NCBI RefSeq assembly: GCF_006345805.1
Contig: NC_043002.1
Span: forward strand, 110,794,001-110,858,000
DNA from: Octopus sinensis
Taxonomy: Eukaryota
DNA length: 64,000 nt
Reading direction: 5' to 3'
A program made the translations under genes and the position numbers. Below the pieces are notes generated by a model that was not told the DNA's origin, did not search any database, and was given only the letters and a program-made list of their open reading frames with translations. Below are positions 1 through 12,375 of this stretch, piece after piece. Positions within the stretch are counted from its first letter, which is position 1. The number at the start of each line of letters is the position of its first letter.

Positions 1-268
1 TGGAAAAGTCGTGATAGCACACACATAAACTGTTGCATTCACTTTTCTTTTATTTTTGATAATGTTTTATACCTTAAAATATTAGGTGTAAGAGATTTGT
101 CTTACACCTATGACCTGAACTCTGACAATTTCCTTACATCACTACATCTCCAATGCTCTAGAATTGTTATCATTGATTTGATCATAAATGAACGACAAAA
201 TATTGATATTTCATCGGGGTGGTTATCAATCTGTTTTGTTTATGAACTCCTGTCTCTTTTGTTTCCAG

Positions 269-399
269 TTTTTAAATATAAAAAAGATAGCGATGAAACA
301 TTTAGTGAGAAAATTGCAAAACTCAGTCTACATTCTATAAAAAAGAAATCCACACGCATGAAAGGGCGACTATCAAGCAATCTTGGCATCAGTCTTCAA
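269..399 (+). CDS. DNMBP: DNMBP/Tuba-like exon (first in window; BAR N-terminal region); gene continues upstream of window
   Basis: ttccag| ... CAA|gtaagt. Encodes (V)FKYKKDSDETFSEKIAKLSLHSIKKKSTRMKGRLSSNLGISLQ, resembling the KYRK..D....EKISKLN.HSI.KKS motif of DNMBP. 131 nt, phase 1 to 0. Confidence 0.9.
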
Positions 400-632
400 G
401 TAAGTCAGAGTTATTATAACCTACTTTGTTAAAGATTTATTCTGTAAATAAGGATATTATTGCTATTGTTATATAGGGTGGTAGGTTGACCAAATTGATG
501 GAACAGCAGACAAAACACTCTGTGATAATTAGTTATTTAAATACTATAGGTATTGACTTCATTCTACTGACCCCAGGTTGATGAAAGATAAAATTTTAAT
601 CAAATACTGGGATCAATATAATCAACTGTTGC

Positions 633-1028
633 TCTCACTCTCTTTACTCTTTACTCTCTCTTTTACTTGTTTCAGTCAATTGACTGCCTTTAGTCGAGCA
701 AATCGACCCCGGGACTTATTCTTTGTAAGCCCAGTACTTATTCTATCGGTCTCTTTTGCTGAACCGCTAAGTGACGGGGACGTAAACACACCAGCATCGG
801 TTGTCAAGCAATGCTAGGGGGACAAACACATACACACACACATATATATATATACATATACATATATACGACGGGCTTCTTTCAGTTTCCGTCTACCAAA
901 TCCACTCACGAGGCATTGGTCGGCCTGGGGCTATAGCAGAAGACACTTGCCCAAGATGCCACACAGTGGGACTGAACCCGGAACCATGTGGTTGGTTAGC
1001 AAGCTACTTACCACACAGCCACTCCTGC
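633..1028 (-). mobile_element. tRNA-headed SINE, family A
   Basis: Head gcaggagtggctgtgtggtaag...ggttccgggttcagtccc (A/B-box-like), internal (TA/CA)n, (gtaaaaga)n tail. Many near-identical copies in window. Confidence 0.9.
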
Positions 1029-2100
1029 AAAAAAAAATTTTCAGATTTATGTCCAAAATTAGAAATCATTTAGATTGGTAGAATTATTCATGTGGCAAAC
1101 AAAATGCCTTATGTTTTTAGTTACAGTTCTTCATATCTGGCTTCAAATTCCATTGAACTCATCTTTGCTTTCATCCTTGAAAATTGATAAAATAAAATGT
1201 CATTCAAGTTATGGCATCAATTTAATCAACTAAACCATCCCTCTAAATGTGTGTCCTCATGCCTTTATTAGAGATTATTATTGTTATAAAGGAAGTCAAT
1301 CACAAAATCAGGAGAGCAACAGTTTAAATGACATGTCGTATTTTGTTTTATCTTTCAATATCCTTTGTTGGTGCTTAATTTACTTTACACATTTCCAGGG
1401 TTAATAAAATATATACCAGTCAATTTAATTGACAATATCACTCTTCCAAAATGTGTGCCCTTGTGCCAGTCTAAGAAATTCTGTTACCATTGCCATCATC
1501 ATCATCATCATCATCAGATTAAAAGTGTGTGTTAACTGACACAGTATTTGAAATGCTTCCGTAGCTTCCAGAGTCAAAACTTAGTACCAGTACTATAACT
1601 AGATCAATCAAGCTACCTATATTCCATCCCTTAGTGAAATTGACCTTTTAGCTGATAAAAAGGAAGAAATGTCTTTTTTTTTTTTTTTTGTGAACCTACA
1701 TGGTCACTTGATGTGCTTGAAATACCAGCCAAATACTCCTCAAATCACATCTTACCATTTTGAGGAAAACAGGCACATGGATAATGTCACAATAAATGCT
1801 CTGTAGGAAATAGCATGGTCATGGCTGGAATAAATTTGATCATATTTTTACTGTATCATAGTTAAACAATGTTTTTGTATAAAGGAATTAATTATTGGAT
1901 GCAGCAATTTAAGGAGCAAGTGTTTAGAGGAGTGAGACAAAGTATGACTCAAATGAGACAAGTGTTCTTGGTCAACTTGGATGGAGAAGCATTTAAACAG
2001 TTCACGTCGAATCAAAACAAATAATGTTCACATTAACGATGCAGTTCAATATATTAGTCTTTCTCCTTCTTTCTTTCTTTTCAACAACTCTTTTAAGCAA

Positions 2101-2450
2101 ACCATCCGATCGTGGCTGTTGCCAGCGCCGCCCCGACTGGCCTCCATGCCGGTGGCACGTAAAAGCACCATCCGAATCGTGGCCGTTGCCAGCCTCGTCT
2201 GGCCCCCGTGCCGGTGGCACGTAAAAAGCACCATCCATTTGTGGCCGTTTGCCAGCTCCGTCTGGCACCTGTGCGGGTGGCACGTAAAAAAACACCCACT
2301 ATACTCAGGGAGTGGTTGGCGTTAGGAAGGGCATCCAGCCGTAGGAACACTGCCAGATCAGACTTGGCCTGATGCAGCCTTCTGGCTTCACAGACCCCAG
2401 TTGAACCGTCCAACCCATGCTAGCATGGAAAGCGGACGCTAAGTGATGAT
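2101..2450 (+). mobile_element. 5'-truncated RTE 3' UTR/tail with tandem GTGCCGGTGGCAC modules
   Basis: Matches 51400-51868. Confidence 0.85.
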
Positions 2451-2744
2451 ATGGCAAAAGCGAATTTCATTTCCATTATTAGCATACAAAACTATATCAA
2501 TACATCAATTGGAATAAAACTGAAGGAGTTGAAAAGCGAAAGCCAAAACAGAAAGGATACAAGGCTAGTTTTTACTTTACCTGCCATACTATAATGGAAA
2601 GTAGTCTGACAGAATTTAAAAGAATAAATTAAATATTGCAATTATTCAAGTTCGACAGGTGACCATTTGTCCAGATTTAAAACAGAAGGGAAATAACTTC
2701 TGTCATTCCAAAATGTGTTTCTTGTTTATTTTCATCTTCTCCAG

Positions 2745-2849
2745 ACCAAAGATGAAGAGTTTGAAAAAATTGAATATCAATTTCGCAGCATTGAAAAAGT
2801 AATAAAGGTTTTCCTTCGTGATATAGAAGCCTACTTAAAACAATTAGAT
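2745..2849 (+). CDS. DNMBP: DNMBP-like exon (BAR domain)
   Basis: tctccag| ... GAT|gtaagt. TKDEEFEKIEYQFRSIEKVIKVFLRDIEAYLKQLD. 105 nt, phase 0-0. Confidence 0.92.
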
Positions 2850-3305
2850 GTAAGTATTTTATGATTTTATTTTACATTTTAATCTTCTGGGTAATGACTC
2901 AATGAATATTATAAAGAAGTCAGACATCTCACCTTATTTCTTTTATCAGCTGTATTCCTTATGCCATATTGACAAATATCTATTGTGCTAAATTTAGTTT
3001 TAACTAAATTTGATCTTTCAATTTAAATTTTACAGTGAAGACTAATGCAGATTATGGGAAGAGAATAAAAAATTTTCATGAATGCAATACCTAAACTTTA
3101 CTGAATTCCATCTTTCAACTTATGTTTTGCATTGAACAATGGTACAAAATTGTCAGAGGCATTAGACTGTCAAGCAGAACACTTAGGATGTTCATTCTTG
3201 GTCTTTTTGCTCTGAGTTCCAATTCTAAAGGGGCCAGCTTTACCTCTTAGGATCAATGAAGTACTAGGCCAGTACTGGAAATCAGTTATTCTGTTTGTGT
3301 GTGTC

Positions 3306-3363
<58 letters not shown>

Positions 3364-3429
3364 CTCTGTGTATTTTGTTTCATATTTATATTTACATTTT
3401 TATAATTGTACTTTATGACAAGGCCTTGA

Positions 3430-4366
3430 GATATATATATATAAGTACCTCATTTTTAACTGCATATTACCTCAATACATCTGACTAGTATAGGCAGAAT
3501 GAGATACTTTTATCTATAGGCTGAAACAGCTGTAAGGACCATTTTATGTGTATTATTCTTTTGGTATTATTATCTTGCATATTGATGTATATTGTTTTGT
3601 TCGATTTGGATGTTCCTATTTATATAGTTAATAAATAATATGAAATGGTAATATCTATAAGTTGATGATTGAAATGAATTTGTTCTTCCATTTTCTTATT
3701 TGTATTATGAATTTACGGTAAAATATTTTACCTCCGCCCATCCGATATAATAAATGAATTAATTGCATTGCAATTATAAGCATTTATGTATTTGGCATTT
3801 GGGTGCTTCACCAGCAGTATATTGAATAACTGATATCCCGTAGTGGGTTACCCTCATAACCCCTATCTTACTTTGTACTATAAGTATATATATATATATA
3901 TATATAAGAAAATGGAGAACCCTAATATATTGATATCTATAGGCAATGTAAGTTGGATTAACTTTTTTACCATAGACTGAAACAGCTGTAAGAAGTAGTT
4001 TTTTGAATTTCAATAATTTATACTATGACTTTTAAAATCTGTATTTGTATTATTATCTTATCTATTGATTTTATATAATATTTTCTTTGCTTTTGATGTC
4101 CTCATTTGTAAAATGAATAAATAATCCAAAAATTATGATATCCATAAGTTGATGAACAAACCAAATTTGTTTCTCCATTTTCTTATTATATATTATAAAT
4201 TTACAGTAAAGATATTTTTTTACCTTCACCCATTTAATACAATAAATGAATTAATTGCATTGCAATTAAAAACATTTATGTATCAAGAAATTGGGTACTT
4301 TACCAACAGTATATTGGATAATTAATATCCCATAGTGGGTTACATTCATAACCCCTATCTTACTTT

Positions 4367-4407
<41 letters not shown>

Positions 4408-5012
4408 GTCTCGCCACCCGGTCGGTTAAGATTTTTCCATTCCCTTTTTCCTTGCGCTAGCATACTACGCCGTCTGATAGTCGAAAGACCCTTTCTGTTT
4501 GATATTTCCTTGTGTTTGTATATGTATATTCGTTTGCTTTGCTCAAGGGCTTAATGCCTTCAGCTCAAGCCCTTGGTTCAACTGGTTTCAAGTAGTATCG
4601 GAGAGGATTGGGCAAAACTACATAGGCATCCCAGACTCCAACTGAAGAAGCAATTGGCTGCGAATGATCTATGTATCTTGCTTTGTCCTGTTTGCCATTT
4701 TTGTGCTGTTGTCCTTTTCCTGCTTGTTATGCTTTGACAATTTCCGTTTGTTGTGTTTTTTACCTTTGAGATATATATATATATATAGTTAATCCAAACA
4801 AGAAAACACAAAAAAACACAACACTAGGACGTGGAACAAATAACGTATTATTGGACGCTCAGGAAAGAAGGGAAGAAGGAGGGTTTAATGTTTCGAGCGG
4901 AGCTCTTCATCAGAAACATAGGAGAAGGAAAGATCCCGAGAAGGGAAGACAGAGGAAAAAAAATCGCCAGCGGTACTCACGAGGTTACCAGCGGTAAAAA
5001 TCGCCAGCGGTA

Positions 5013-5045
<33 letters not shown>
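3430..5045. mobile_element. Cluster of four putative Penelope-like terminal fragments, each bounded by (TA)n
   Basis: Two diverged tandem copies (about 3440-3890 and 3930-4375) with tgaaacagctgta, then 4385-4770 and 4790-5010 with hammerhead-like cores. No RT coding evidence seen. Confidence 0.5.
4883..4917 (-). ncRNA. Minimal hammerhead-ribozyme-like motif
   Basis: Minus strand guuu-CUGAUGA-a-gagc-ucc-gcuc-GAAA-c-auu-aaac. Confidence 0.6.
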
Positions 5046-5068
<23 letters not shown>

Positions 5069-5431
5069 TGGGTACTTGTAATTCAAATGTTCACTTTATT
5101 ATGTATAGTCATACTGATTGTCTGAGAATTGCATTTAGAAAATTTAGGGACTGTGTGTGAAGTACTCATTGACTTATTAATTTCCCAAATTGAACAGCTG
5201 AATACTTATCACTACCTCCCACCACCCACCACCCACCATTACCACCATCATCAATAGAAAAGTGGGAAATGCAAACTACTCTACTAGATTTAAGGTGTTA
5301 ATAGAAGTGGGGAAATGATACGACATGTAAATAATTAAAAATTATTTTGCTATCATTATTATTATTATTATTAATGTTTTGTATTTTGCATCATTATATA
5401 AGCTATTTTGTGGATTTCTTTTGTTATTCAG

Positions 5432-5560
5432 GAATATGTGATCTGCTGGGAAAATCTCTGTTCAGGACTGGATAACATTTACAATGAGTCTCAGCCTGAA
5501 GAACTCAAGTATTATGCAGAGGCCACTAAGGTGGTCTGTTCTCAGTATTATTTAGAATTT
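5432..5560 (+). CDS. DNMBP: DNMBP-like exon (BAR domain)
   Basis: ttattcag| ... TTT|gtacgt. EYVICWENLCSGLDNIYNESQPEELKYYAEATKVVCSQYYLEF. 129 nt, phase 0-0. An alternative donor AAG|gtggtc at 5530 is also in frame. Confidence 0.8.
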
Positions 5561-5956
5561 GTACGTTTCTGTTTTACACTATTAACATTACATTTATTGT
5601 GACTCATTTTTTTTAAAACTCTGATTACTTTAGTTTTGATTAATTATACATATTATAAATAACTGAGGCTATGAGAGTAAAAAAGGACTAGATATTTAGT
5701 GCGATTATGTGTATGCATAATTATTTGTTTTAGTAATGTCTGTACATGGCATAACATTTAACTATATATTTAAAACTCCATACACTCTAATTCACTGCTA
5801 TACATACACCTGGAAAATGTATTCATATTACTATACCTATAATCATTTGATTATGTATGTAGCAGGCACACAAACTATAATAACCATAAAATATGCATAA
5901 TGATTAAATAACAAGAGCAAAACATGAGCAATTGATTTAATTATTTCATTCGTTAA

Positions 5957-6180
5957 CCCTTTCGTTACTATATTTATATTGAGATGCTCTGTGTTTCTTT
6001 CAATTATTTTAAATATAACAAAAAATTTAGTAAAATAACTTAGTTATCATTAAACAAATGTTAGGAACATAAATTGCAACTAAGGTTTTTGGTGGTATAT
6101 TTTAATGCAAAACTTATGAAAACAAGACATTTGTAACTACAGAGCCAGAGGCGGTTTTGGCCGGGTTGGTAACGAAAGGG
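5957..6180. mobile_element. piggyBac-like MITE
   Basis: TTAA|ccctttcgttac ... gtaacgaaaggg|TTAA. Confidence 0.88.
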
Positions 6181-6477
6181 TTAATACATGTTTCATGAGT
6201 AAAATTTCTTCAGAAGGTAAACATTTTTAAAATTAGTTTTTGAAGTTGTACCATTGAAATGTGTATAAAGGAATGAATGAATTAATTAAGTGTTATTGTT
6301 TCTCTTATTGTTTAATCACTATTTGTGTGTGAAAGTAATCTTTCTAAATGTCTAACTTTTAATTCTTTCACCTTTATATGTAAGTCGTTAATGTAAATTC
6401 ATCTAAACAAAAAGTTCCTAATCAGCAACCACTATAGTGGTCTCACTAAATAATGTTATTGTTGATGTTTTTTGTAG

Positions 6478-6618
6478 AGAAATCAAGTAGATATGTTGGT
6501 ACTTCAGCCTCTCAACCAGTTACTGTCCCTGTTTTTGGGCCCCAATAAAGTGATTGAGAAACGCTTTGATAAACTATTAGATTATGACAGTTTAGCACGG
6601 AAATCTAAACTGGATAAG
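6478..6618 (+). CDS. DNMBP: DNMBP-like exon (BAR domain)
   Basis: ttttgtag| ... AAG|gtaatt. RNQVDMLVLQPLNQLLSLFLGPNKVIEKRFDKLLDYDSLARKSKLDK contains the GP.K...KRFDKLLD signature. 141 nt, phase 0-0. Confidence 0.95.
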
Positions 6619-7306
6619 GTAATTATTTCACAACCTGATTTTTCTTTTCCTTTTTTTTTCTTTTCTACTTATTGGCATTGTTATATTTTAAGTTGTTAGA
6701 TATATTGTATATATAGGCACAAACATAGCTGTGTGGTTAAGAAGCTCACTTTGCAACCACATGGTTTGGGGTTCAGTCCCACTGTGTGGCACCTTGAGCC
6801 AGTGCTTTCTACTATATTATAGAAGCCCATCATATATATATGTATGTATGTATGTAACTTCTAACTTAGTGGTTCAGCAAAAGAAGAAAATCAATAGATT
6901 AAGTACCAAACTTAAATAAGTTCTGAGGTTGATTTGTTCAGGTAAGCTTTTCAAGATACTGCTCCAGCATGGCTGCAGTCCAGGGACTAAAACAAGTAAA
7001 AGATAAAAGACTACTTATAATTTAAGATAATTATAAATAGTAACAGCCAGAGGATATCTGCAGTGATGTGTGTTAAGTCTGTATGCTGCCAGGAAGGCCA
7101 TGTCATTGATGTTTCAAGCAGAGCTCTTCATCATGAAGAAAGATTTATTTTTAATGTTTCTGCTAGCACTGAACAGGTAGCTTTTGACTGAGATGTGTTT
7201 TGACTTTACTCTCTGATGAAGAATGCTACTAAGTACTCATCTCCCCTTGGTATACAAACTTAACTAAAGTTACTAGCTTTATTCTTGTAATTATAGTTCA
7301 ATAATT

Positions 7307-7795
7307 CATCATCATCATCGTTTAGCGTCCGCTTTCCATGCTAGCATGGGTTGGACGGTTCAACTGGGGTCTAGGAAGCCAGAAGGCTGCACCAGGCCCA
7401 GTTTGATCTGGCAATGTTTCTACGGCTTGATGCCCTTCCTAACACCAACCACTCCATGAGTGTAGTCGGTGCTTTTTACGTGCCACCGGTACGGAGACCA
7501 GTCGAAGCTGGCAACGGCCACGATCGGATGGTGCTTTTTATGTGCCACTGGCACGGGGGCCAGGTGAGGCTGGCAATGGCCACGAACGGATGGTGCTTTT
7601 TACATGCCACCGGCACGAGGCCAGTCGGGGCGGTGTTGGCAACGGCCTCGAACAGATGGTGCTTTTTACGTGCCACCGGCACGAGGCCAGTGGGGGCGGC
7701 ACTGGCAACGACCACGTTCGGATGGTTCTCTTACGTGCCACCAGCACTGGTAACTCAGCTGCAATTTCCATTGATCGATTTCGATTCTGATTCTG
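7307..7795 (-). mobile_element. 5'-truncated RTE 3' UTR/tail
   Basis: Same family as 2101-2450, with more modules. Confidence 0.85.
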
Positions 7796-8307
7796 AATTA
7801 TAATCAATTATAAATTGAGCACCATAGTGAATGCAGTAAATTTTAATTGTAGGCACATTATTTTGCCATCACTTATACCTTTGTCGACCCTCTAACATTC
7901 AGATCACTCAATTAAATTTAATGCATATTTATTCACATTGTTTTGAATTAATCAAAGCTGATAGATTTTGATGATGTGATTGTTGTTTTTAGACATCATA
8001 GGGTAAATGTGAAGGCCAGTTTGAACATAAAACTGGTATAATATATGGGCTGGATATGGCCAGTTTAAATTCTAAAGGGTTAATAGAGTACTTTTCTGAA
8101 TCACAAGGATCCATAGGGTCAGTCCTCAATACCTGTTTCCATTATATTAAGCAAATGAAAAGGCTTTTTCTGGACAGGTTGCTAATATATCTTTAGTAAT
8201 TTTTCCAAGAAATCTTGCTTCCTTTTGAGCAATATATAATTATATTTACGGAGATCTACTCGCATAGCAAGTGATTTGATCTGAGATCGTGTGCTGGAAC
8301 GAAAACA

Positions 8308-8598
8308 ATTGCAGCGTGGAAGGTGTTTGTAAGCCATTTAAGAAACACACAAAAGCCGTTCGATTCACTTCAACATTTAAATTTAATTTGTCAAAATATT
8401 TTCGGCGCTAAAATCCGCGACCTGTTCACTGACAAAAATCCGTGCTGCATCTCGGATGCAGTATGGATTTTTGTCAGTGAACAGGTCGCGGATTTTAGCG
8501 CCGAAAATATTTTGACAAATTAAATTTAAATGTTGAAGTGAATCGAATGGCTTTTGTGTGTTTCTTAAATGGCTTACAAACACCTTCCACGCTGCAAT
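8308..8598. mobile_element. Foldback/MITE-like near-perfect palindrome (144-bp arms, 3-nt loop)
   Basis: Arms 8308-8451 and 8455-8598 are reverse complements with 3 mismatches. Loop is tcg. Confidence 0.8.
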
Positions 8599-9028
8599 AA
8601 TTATATTTCTTTTCGAGAAACACAACAAAAATACATGCTTTAAGTTTTGAACTACCACGTGAGCTAACATGCTAATATCCTGCTTACCTGGCTATTTTAT
8701 ATATAAAATAACCTTGGAAGAATGACACAATTCTCAATTATTTTCGTGTCAGGCAATAAGAGATAACTATTCATTGAAGCAAAAGCACAAGATAGGAGAG
8801 GTTAAGTAATTGATTCTATTTGTATCCTGTGATGAGATAATTTATGATTAAATAATAGCTAAATTAAAATTATTTAGTATAAAATTGAAATTTCTTTTGA
8901 TTTATCACAAATTTTATCTTAAATTTCTTTAGTTTATATTTTAAACCTTCCTACAGAGTCATGTATTTGATCTTGATAATACTGAAACTCACTTGTAAAT
9001 TCTTTGAATATTTATCATATTATATGCT

Positions 9029-9226
9029 GTGCCGGTGGCACGTAAAAAGCACCCATTTCACTCATGGAGTGGTTGGCGTCAGGAAGGGCATCCAGCCGTA
9101 GAAACACTGCCAGATCAGACTGGGCCTGATGCAGCCTTCTGGCTTCCCAGACCCCAGTTGAACCATCCAACCCATGCTAGCATGGAAAGCGGACGCTAAA
9201 CGATGATGATGATGATGATGATGATG
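9029..9226 (+). mobile_element. 5'-truncated RTE 3' tail
   Basis: One module plus tail and (GAT)n; atgctgt at both junctions. Confidence 0.85.
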
Positions 9227-9298
9227 CTGTTAATTTATATATTTATTTATTTGATCCAGTAATAAAGTTTCCACTATTTTGTCTTTTTCTTCTACTAG

Positions 9299-9478
9299 AC
9301 TAATGAAATCCAAGCAGCTCAATGTGATTATAGAGCCTTGAATGCCCAACTTTTAGATGAATTACCAAGATTATATGAGCTGTCTCAGGAGTTATTCCAA
9401 GAATGTATATGCAGTTATAATATAACTCAGGCCAACTTTTATGATAAAATTGTTAAAAAGATGTATACTCTGCTCACA
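9299..9478 (+). CDS. DNMBP: DNMBP-like exon (BAR domain)
   Basis: tctactag| ... ACA|gtaagt. TNEIQAAQCDYRALNAQLLDELPRLYELSQELFQECICSYNITQANFYDKIVKKMYTLLT contains the Y.ALNAQLLDELP signature. 180 nt, phase 0-0. Confidence 0.95.
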
Positions 9479-9753
9479 GTAAGTATATTGTTAGCATATT
9501 TCTTATTTGTATAATCTTTCAAATTGATATTTATGTCTCAACATTTTAACTGACTAAATGCATTAATTAAGAATCGTTAATTGCTTTATTAGTTTTATTT
9601 ATAATATTATTTCAGTAAATTTATTGATTTTCAGTGTTTTATTTATTTACTGAGAAAATTAAAGTATTAAGATCATTAAAAATGCAATTCTTTCAAGTTA
9701 AAATTAATTAATACTTAACTCTAAGCAATTGTCTTTCTTTCTTGTTTGGATAG

Positions 9754-9930
9754 TTGCCTTTTCTCATGTCTATGCCAGAAAACATTCTGGAATCCTTCCA
9801 AGCATTGCATACTGCTGCCATTGACCAATTAAGCAATCTAGATTTCATACCCCGCAAGTTTGGTCCAAAAACAGAAAGTAAATCTGAAAGAAAACTGATC
9901 AGACAATCTCGACTCAGCCTATGTGATCAG
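9754..9930 (+). CDS. DNMBP: DNMBP-like exon (BAR C-terminus/linker)
   Basis: ggatag| ... CAG|gtaact. LPFLMSMPENILESFQALHTAAIDQLSNLDFIPRKFGPKTESKSERKLIRQSRLSLCDQ. 177 nt, phase 0-0. Confidence 0.88.
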
Positions 9931-10495
9931 GTAACTTTTCTATTCTCATTTCTCACCTTTGTGATAAGATTATAATTACAGGAACACATTGTTGTTTTTA
10001 GTGTCCCTCTCATATTTAACCATTGCTAAAGATTTTGGATTGTTTTACTAATACAATAAAAAACTTTTTTCCTTCACAAATACTGTAGCAAATTTCTGCA
10101 CATGGTTGACTGAGACAGTTGATAGCTTTCACTTGCAGCATCTCATTATTTTATTCTAGAAAGGAAGATGTTTTTTTAATTAGTAGGAATAAAGTGATGC
10201 TAAGAATATAAAACATGTGAAAAACAGTATGTGACCATAAAATAATTCTGATAATTTTAGACATAGGCCGAGGCCAAAAAATATTTGTAATAGAAATATA
10301 ATTGATTGTATCAGCTCCAGTATTTAACTTATTTTAGTGAATTCTAGAATTTTGAAACACAAAGTTAATCTTGGTATGAAGTGAACTCAGATTGTAGAGG
10401 TGTGACCAAATAACACAAGATATCTCTGATACTCTACCAATTCTATCAAACAACAATGTTCGTGTAGGAAATTGTAAGGTGAGCATCATGATATA

Positions 10496-10975
10496 TAATA
10501 ATAATGAAATTATTGTATACAGTGCTCAGGTGCACCACAACTTGTCAGAAAGTGCATATAAAGTACATGCAGTAATGTAAAAATGTCTGGAAAGCGAACA
10601 ATGTATGAGTCAGATACATGCTTGTGTGTGTATGGAGGCGAATCTCAGAAAGCATGGAAGTTTTGAAGGATGCAGTGCTCCAACAACTAACAACTGATGC
10701 CAGCAGTTTGTTCCATGCTTCAGCAACTCTCAGCGTGAAAAAATGTTTCCTGAAGTCATGGGAGCTGTGCTGTTTTCTGACTTTGTAAATATGTCCACAG
10801 GTGTTAGACGGGTGAAGTTTGAAAAGGTGCTCAGAGTTATTATTGTTTGTAAGATGGTTAATAATTTTATGGGTGTCTGCCAAGTCAGCTGCCAGACGTC
10901 GGAGTTTCAATGTGTCCATGCCCAGGGAAGTAAGGCGTTCAGAATATGGCAAATGCCTGATGGAGGGTATTCTAA
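10496..10975 (-). mobile_element. CR1/L2-group LINE 3' fragment
   Basis: YSERLTSLGMDTLKLRRLAADL...TCGHIYKV...FFTLRVAEAWN.L, the typical CR1-type C-terminus. (TAT)n-like tail. Confidence 0.85.
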
Positions 10976-11024
10976 TGATGTAGTAAATTCTTATTGAGCT
11001 ATGTCCACAACATGGTTTTTGTTG

Positions 11025-11325
11025 TCATCATCATCATCATCGTTTAGCGTCCACTTTCCATGCTAGCATGGGTTGGACGGTTCAACTGGGGTCTGGGAAG
11101 CCAGAAGGCTGCACCAGGCCCAGTTTGATCATCTGGCAGTGTTTCTACGGCTGGATGCCCTTCCTAACGCCAACCACTCCATGAGTGTAGTGGGTGCTTT
11201 TTACGAGCCACCGGCACTGGTGTCAGACGAGTCTGGCAAACGGCCATGATCGGATGGTGCTTTTTATGTGCCACCGGCATGGGGGCCAGGCGAGGCTGGC
11301 AACAGCCACAAATGGATGGTGTGTT
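11025..11325 (-). mobile_element. 5'-truncated RTE 3' UTR/tail
   Basis: Same family as 2101-2450. Confidence 0.85.
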
Positions 11326-11780
11326 TCTGAATAAGAAGTATGATTTATACATTGTTCCAGCTTGACCTAACTTGTAGAAAGTAAACTAAAATTTCTGAAA
11401 AGAAATTACATGAAATATACTAGCACCCTGTCCAAGAGGAAGAACGTTCATATTTTCAATCTTTGGAAACAAGTGTTGAGAACCGACCCTGGATTTTTGT
11501 GATTCAGAAAAGGATTCACTTAACAATGGTCAGGGTCATTTGCATCACATATCAAGAGTATTGATCCATTCTCATTCCTTACACTGTATCCAAAGCCTCT
11601 GTGTACACCACAGAGGCCATTGTGATGTTACTCAAAATGCTCATTAAAATTGACTGCCATGACGATGAGGTTGCTGCCATTTGTTATTGGGGTTGTTTGT
11701 CAGAGGGGCCTGAAAGAAAGACCCCTTCTGTTCATTTACCAGAGCTGACTGTGATGCATGTTTGTTATTCCATCAAAATA

Positions 11781-12012
11781 TATTTCTTTACTACCCACAA
11801 GGGGCTAAACACAGAGAGGACAAACAAGGACAGACAAAGGAATTAAGTTGATTACATCGACCCCAGTGCGCAACTGGTACTTAATTTATCGACCCCAAAA
11901 GGATGAAAGGCAAAGTCAACCTCGGCGGAATTTGAACTCAGAACGTAACGGCAGACGAAATACGGCCACGCATTTCGCCCGGCGTGCTAACGTTTCTGCC
12001 AGCTCGCTCGCC
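11781..12012 (-). mobile_element. SINE family B with 17-bp target-site duplication
   Basis: Head ggcg..gagctggcagaaacgttagc. TSD gttattccatcaaaata at 11764-11780 and 12013-12029. Confidence 0.92.
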
Positions 12013-12155
12013 GTTATTCCATCAAAATAGATATGCTACACAATCATGTAACTGAGTTGTTTAGTGTACTGGCCTCTCTGTTTCTATATCATACCACTGC
12101 TACAATTCTGCATCTCTAAGGCAACTATTGCCAGTTCATTTTATATCACTCTTAA

Positions 12156-12375
12156 CCCTTTAGTGTTCAAATTAATATGTCAGAAGTAATCCTTATTCAT
12201 TTACATTTTAAAAAACTAATCTGGTATTATCTTGTAGCTTCAAGATTTGAAAGACGTAACTGTTTATTTTTAGAATTACATTGCAGGGTAGATTTGAGAT
12301 ACTGATTCTGGCCAGTTTGAGCATAAAATGAGTAGAATATTTGGGCCAGATATAGCTGGTTTAAACACTAAAGGG
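12156..12375. mobile_element. piggyBac-like MITE (second family)
   Basis: TTAA|ccctttagtgtt ... aacactaaaggg|TTAA. Related copies at about 7885-8080 and 30559-31152. Confidence 0.85.

Noticed and set aside
8688-8826. Minus-strand exon-like segment ending CAG|gtaagc
   Set aside because: Stops in all frames, ambiguous acceptor, and no other support.
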